Below, piece after piece: positions 60,272 to 64,000 of a stretch of DNA of 64,000 nucleotides. The notes under the pieces are model-generated. The model was not told the DNA's origin, ran no database searches, and was given only the letters and a program-made list of their open reading frames with translations. Numbering within the stretch: position 1 is the first letter of the stretch; each line of letters starts with the position of its first letter. This DNA comes from an uncultured Thermus sp. (GTDB taxonomy: Bacteria; Deinococcota; Deinococci; Deinococcales; Thermaceae): assembly GCA_947085095.1 (NCBI GenBank), contig CAMTVD010000014.1:1-64000 (forward strand). The letters are read 5' to 3'. The translations under genes were made by a program, and so were the position numbers.

Positions 60272-61435
60272 ATGGACCTGTGGTTTGAGGAGAGCAGGGA
60301 GGAGCGGGCGGTCTTGGGGCCCTTGCGCGAGTTCCTGAAGGCGGAGGTGGCCCCGGGGGCGGCGGAAAGGGACCGGACAGGGGCCTTCCCCTCTGACCTG
60401 GTGCGGAAGATGGCCCAGCTCGGGGTCTTCGGGGCCACGGTGCCCGAGGCCTACGGGGGGGTGGGGCTTCCCATGCGGCTCTTCGCCCGCATGGTGGAGG
60501 AGATCGCCTACTACGACGGGGCTTTGGCCCTCACCGTGGCCAGCCACAACTCCCTGGCCACGGGCCATATCCTCTTGGCGGGGAACGAGAAGCAGAAGGC
60601 GGAGTTCCTGCCGAGGCTCGCCTCGGGGGAGGCCTTAGGGGCCTGGGGCCTCACGGAGCCGGGTGCGGGCTCGGACGCCGCCGCCCTCAAGACCAAGGCC
60701 TCGGCGGTGCCCGGTGGGTTCCTCCTAAACGGCACCAAGCAGTTCATCACCCAGGGGAGCGTGGCCGGGGTTTACGTGATCGTGGCCCGCACCGACCCAG
60801 CCCCTGGCCCCGAGAAGAAGCACCTGGGGATCTCCGCTTTCGTCTTTTCCCGCCCGGAGAAGGGCCTAAAGGTGGGCAAGAAGGAGGAGAAGCTGGGGCT
60901 TAGCGCCTCGGACACCGCCCAGCTCGTCCTGGAGGACCTCTTCGTCCCCGAGGAGGGGCTTCTGGGGGAACGGGGCAGGGGCTTTTACGATGTCCTCAGG
61001 GTCCTGGACGGGGGAAGGATCGGCATCGCCGCCATGGCCGTGGGCCTGGGCCGGGCCGCCTTGGACTTCGCCCTGCGCTACGCCAAGGAGCGGGAGGCTT
61101 TCGGCAGGCCCATCGCCGAGTTCCAGGGGGTTTCCTTCAAGCTGGCGGAGATGGCCACTGAGCTGGAGGCGGCGAGGCTTCTCTACCTGAAGGCGGCGGA
61201 GCTCAAGGACGCGGGGCGGCCCTTTGCCCTCGAGGCCGCCCAGGCCAAGCTCTTCGCCAGCGAGGCGGCGGTCAGGGCCTGCGACGAGGCCATCCAGATC
61301 CTGGGCGGCTACGGCTACGTGAAGGACTACCCCGTGGAGCGCTACTGGCGGGACGCCCGCCTCACCCGCATCGGGGAGGGGACCAGCGAGATCCTCAAGG
61401 TGGTCATCGCCCGGCGTCTTCTAGAAGGGGTGTGA
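60272..61435 (+). CDS. acyl-CoA dehydrogenase
   Basis: [36 protein letters not shown]. Confidence 0.95.
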   Translation: MDLWFEESREERAVLGPLREFLKAEVAPGAAERDRTGAFPSDLVRKMAQLGVFGATVPEAYGGVGLPMRLFARMVEEIAYYDGALALTVASHNSLATGHILLAGNEKQKAEFLPRLASGEALGAWGLTEPGAGSDAAALKTKASAVPGGFLLNGTKQFITQGSVAGVYVIVARTDPAPGPEKKHLGISAFVFSRPEKGLKVGKKEEKLGLSASDTAQLVLEDLFVPEEGLLGERGRGFYDVLRVLDGGRIGIAAMAVGLGRAALDFALRYAKEREAFGRPIAEFQGVSFKLAEMATELEAARLLYLKAAELKDAGRPFALEAAQAKLFASEAAVRACDEAIQILGGYGYVKDYPVERYWRDARLTRIGEGTSEILKVVIARRLLEGV

Positions 61436-62453
61436 AGGAGAGGGCCTTGGGGGCCTTGAGGGCCAGCTGGCCGCAGGCGGCCCCCACGTCCTGGCCCCGG
61501 CTCCACCTTATGGAGGTGGGCACCCCCAGGCGCCCAAGCTCCTCGGCGAAGGCCAGGATACCCGCTTTGGGCGTCCCCTCCACCGGGGCGTTCTCCCAGG
61601 GGTTGAAGGGGATCAGGTTCACGTGGGCGCTGATCCCCTTCAGGAGCTTGGCCAGGAGCCGGGCCTGCCAGGGGTGGTCGTTCAGGCCCTTGAGGAGGGT
61701 GTACTCAAAGGTGACCCGCCTTTTGGTCTTTTCGTAGTAGCGGCGCACCGCCTCCATGATCTCGGCGATGGGGTAGCGGTGGGCGGTGGGGATGATCCTC
61801 CGCCGGGTCTCGTCGTCGGGGGCGTGGAGGGAGAGGGCCAGGCGCACCCCCACGTCCTCCTCCGCCAGGCGCAGGATGCCCCGGGGGATGCCCACGGTGG
61901 AGAGGGTGATGCGCCTTGGGCTCATGGCCAGGGCCCTGGGGTGGAGCATGACCCGGATGGCCTTGAGGACGTTGTTAAGGTTCAGGAGGGGCTCCCCCAT
62001 GCCCATGAGGACCACGTTGCGGATCTCCCGGGGGGAGAGGCCTTGGTGGTGGGCGATGGCGAGGAGCTGGGAGAGGATCTCCGCCGCGGTCAGGTTCCGC
62101 CCAAAGCCCAAGGCCCCGGTGGCGCAGAAGGTGCACCCGGCGGGGCAGCCCACCATGCTGGAGAGGCAGACCGTCTTGCGGTTCTGGTAGGGCATGTAGA
62201 CGGCCTCGGTCTTTTGCCCGTCCAGGAGGGTGAAGAGGTACTTCACGCTCCCGTCCTTGCTGGGGTAGGCCTCTATGAGCTGGAACTCGGAGATCCGCCA
62301 TTCCTGGGCCAACGCCTCCCGCAGGGCCTTGGGGAGGTCGGTCATCTCGGCGAAGTCCAGGACCCCCCGGGCGAAGACCCAGTGGGCGATCTGGGCCTTG
62401 CGGTAGCCCTCGCCGGGAAACTCTTCAGGGAACAGCTCTAGAATGGGCTTCAC
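61404..62453 (-). CDS. rlmN: 23S rRNA/tRNA m2A methyltransferase RlmN
   Basis: [30 protein letters not shown]. Confidence 0.96.
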   Translation of the reverse strand: MKPILELFPEEFPGEGYRKAQIAHWVFARGVLDFAEMTDLPKALREALAQEWRISEFQLIEAYPSKDGSVKYLFTLLDGQKTEAVYMPYQNRKTVCLSSMVGCPAGCTFCATGALGFGRNLTAAEILSQLLAIAHHQGLSPREIRNVVLMGMGEPLLNLNNVLKAIRVMLHPRALAMSPRRITLSTVGIPRGILRLAEEDVGVRLALSLHAPDDETRRRIIPTAHRYPIAEIMEAVRRYYEKTKRRVTFEYTLLKGLNDHPWQARLLAKLLKGISAHVNLIPFNPWENAPVEGTPKAGILAFAEELGRLGVPTSIRWSRGQDVGAACGQLALKAPKALSFTPLLEDAGR

Positions 62454-62662
62454 GCCACCCCCTCGTAGATGGCGCCTAGAGGCACAGGGCCTTCCAGGCA
62501 GGGCAGGTGGAGGACCTCGTTGGTGACGATGAGGTTGTGGTCCAGGCCGGCCCCGGCCATGGCGTAGGGGATCCCCTCAAGAAGCTCGTGGCGAAGGGGG
62601 CTTTCCCTTTCCAGGGCCAGGTACTCTTCCTCGGTGAGGGGGCGCAGGGCCCGTTCGGTCAT
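62450..62662 (-). pseudogene. Uma2-family endonuclease with large in-frame internal deletion
   Basis: N-terminus LTEEEYLALER..RHEL..AMAG..HNLI joined directly to the C-terminal LPCL..LGAIYEGV; only 70 aa. Confidence 0.7.
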
Positions 62663-62671
62663 CCTCCCATT

Positions 62672-62896
62672 CTAGCGCAGGCGGCCGTAGCCCAAAAGAA
62701 GGCCCAGAAGGAGGAAGAGGAGCCCCAGGGGTCTGGGCTTGGCCAAAAGGCCCAGGAAGGCCCCGAAGAGGAGGAGGCCCAGGGCTACCCGGCCCCGCCC
62801 CACCCGGTACGCCCTTCCCGAAAGGAAGCCCAGGAGGAGGGGCAGGGCCCAGAGGAAGAGGAGGAGGAGGCCGGCAATGGCGGTGAAGGAGGTCAA
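62672..62896 (-). CDS. small hypothetical membrane protein
   Basis: 74 aa, three hydrophobic segments, TTGA overlap with upstream gene. Confidence 0.6.
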   Translation of the reverse strand: MTSFTAIAGLLLLFLWALPLLLGFLSGRAYRVGRGRVALGLLLFGAFLGLLAKPRPLGLLFLLLGLLLGYGRLR

Positions 62897-63564
62897 AGCC
62901 GCCCTTCCTCGGGGGTGAAGCCCTCCACCCAGAAGCTCCCGTCCTTGCGGTGCTCCTTCTTCCAGACGGGGAGGACCTGCTTCACCCGGTCAATGGCGTA
63001 CTGGCAGGCGGCGAAGGCTTCCTTGCGGTGGCGGGCGGAGACCACGATGGCGATGGAGGCCTCCCCCGGGTCCACCCGGCCCAGGCGGTGCCAGAGGGCC
63101 ACCCGGCCCAGGGGCCACCTGGCCCGCATCTCCCCGAGGATCTCCGCCATGACCTTTTCCGCCATCCCCGGGTAGGCCTCGTACTCCAAATAGGCCACCT
63201 CCTCCCCCCGGTTGGGGCTTCGGGTGGTGCCCAGGAAGCTCACCACCGCCCCGTACTCGGGGGCCGTGGCCCAGTCCACCAGGGCCTTCAGGTCCAGGGG
63301 CTCCTGGGTGAGGCCGAAGCTGTCCTGTCCCCCCGAGACCGGGGGCAAAAAGGCCACCTCGTCCCCCTCCCTTAGGGGGGTGTCCCCCTGGGCCAGGGTC
63401 TGGTTCACCGCGGCCATGCCCCCGGTTAGGGATAGCCCGGGAAAGAGGTTCTCCAGGGCTTCCTTGGCCTCCCGGACCCGGGCTCCCTGGGGAAGCTCCA
63501 GGAAGACCCTGTCCCTTCCAGCCTGCTCCCGGTAAAGGGCGAAGAGGCGCACCTCAACCCGCAT
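62893..63564 (-). CDS. moaDE: MoaD-MoaE fusion molybdopterin synthase
   Basis: VRLFA..GDEVAFLPPVSGG followed by MoaE (LEYEAY, HRLG, PVWKKE). Confidence 0.93.
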   Translation of the reverse strand: MRVEVRLFALYREQAGRDRVFLELPQGARVREAKEALENLFPGLSLTGGMAAVNQTLAQGDTPLREGDEVAFLPPVSGGQDSFGLTQEPLDLKALVDWATAPEYGAVVSFLGTTRSPNRGEEVAYLEYEAYPGMAEKVMAEILGEMRARWPLGRVALWHRLGRVDPGEASIAIVVSARHRKEAFAACQYAIDRVKQVLPVWKKEHRKDGSFWVEGFTPEEGRL

Positions 63565-64000
63565 GGGTCCCAGTATAGGCCTGACAGAGACCCAAGGCCA
63601 CGGAGAGGGCCTCGAGGTAGCGCATCCGCATGGGGCCCAGGAGGACGATCTCCCCCTGCCACTCCCCCTGGGAGAAGCCCGCCTGCACCTGGGCCAGGCC
63701 CTCCACCTCCCCTACCCGCACGTCCACCCGGCCCGGGGGGGTGAGGAGGTCCTCCTCGCCCCGCTCGTAGAGGCGCACCAGGCGCTCCAGGAAGCCTGGG
63801 TCCTGGGCCTCGGGCTCCTTCAGGACCTGGGAGAGCCCCTCCCGGTAGGTGAGGGAAAGCCCAGCGGAGAGGGCCCGGGAAAGGGCGGCGAAGAGGTCCT
63901 CGAGGCCCTTGGGGGCGGGGGGGAGTTCGGCAAAGGGGCGGGAGAGGGCCTCCTCCGCCTCCCGCATCTTTTCCGGGGGGAGGGCCTGGGAAAGGCGTAC
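63554..64000 (-). CDS. hrcA: heat-inducible repressor HrcA (C-terminal part; runs off window)
   Basis: VDVRVGE..GEIVLLGPMRMRY matches the HrcA C-terminal GP-RM-Y motif. Confidence 0.75.
   Translation of the reverse strand, partial: VRLSQALPPEKMREAEEALSRPFAELPPAPKGLEDLFAALSRALSAGLSLTYREGLSQVLKEPEAQDPGFLERLVRLYERGEEDLLTPPGRVDVRVGEVEGLAQVQAGFSQGEWQGEIVLLGPMRMRYLEALSVALGLCQAYTGTHAG

Overview
High-GC chromosomal window from a Thermus species (Deinococcota), centred on the replication origin: pyk-eno-dnaN-[oriC, 13 DnaA boxes]-dnaA on the minus strand, divergent from mnmG-[parS]-rsmG-soj-spo0J, followed by comEC/comEA. The rest is mostly core genes (ispF, surE, csp, slyD, cysK, pspA, dxs, ppa, rsmI, pfkA, pheST, priA, alr, yvcK/rapZ, pduO, tRNA-Arg(ACG), proBA, leuS, rlmN, moaD-moaE, hrcA). 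The window opens with the 3' end of an IS630-family element inserted into a small gene. I saw no CRISPR array, prophage or large island. The most notable non-obvious signals are a leaderless Leu-codon uORF with alternative hairpins upstream of leuS (candidate attenuator), a palindromic operator in the promoter of an ABC/SPFH/RHH/CPBP operon, a second parS-like site inside comEC, an ABC + beta-barrel + LolA-like operon, a bacterial Clp1 kinase, a LysW-like zinc-ribbon fusion, a motif-degenerate PriA, and two decayed genes. All calls come from manual motif recognition; no searches or folding programs were run.
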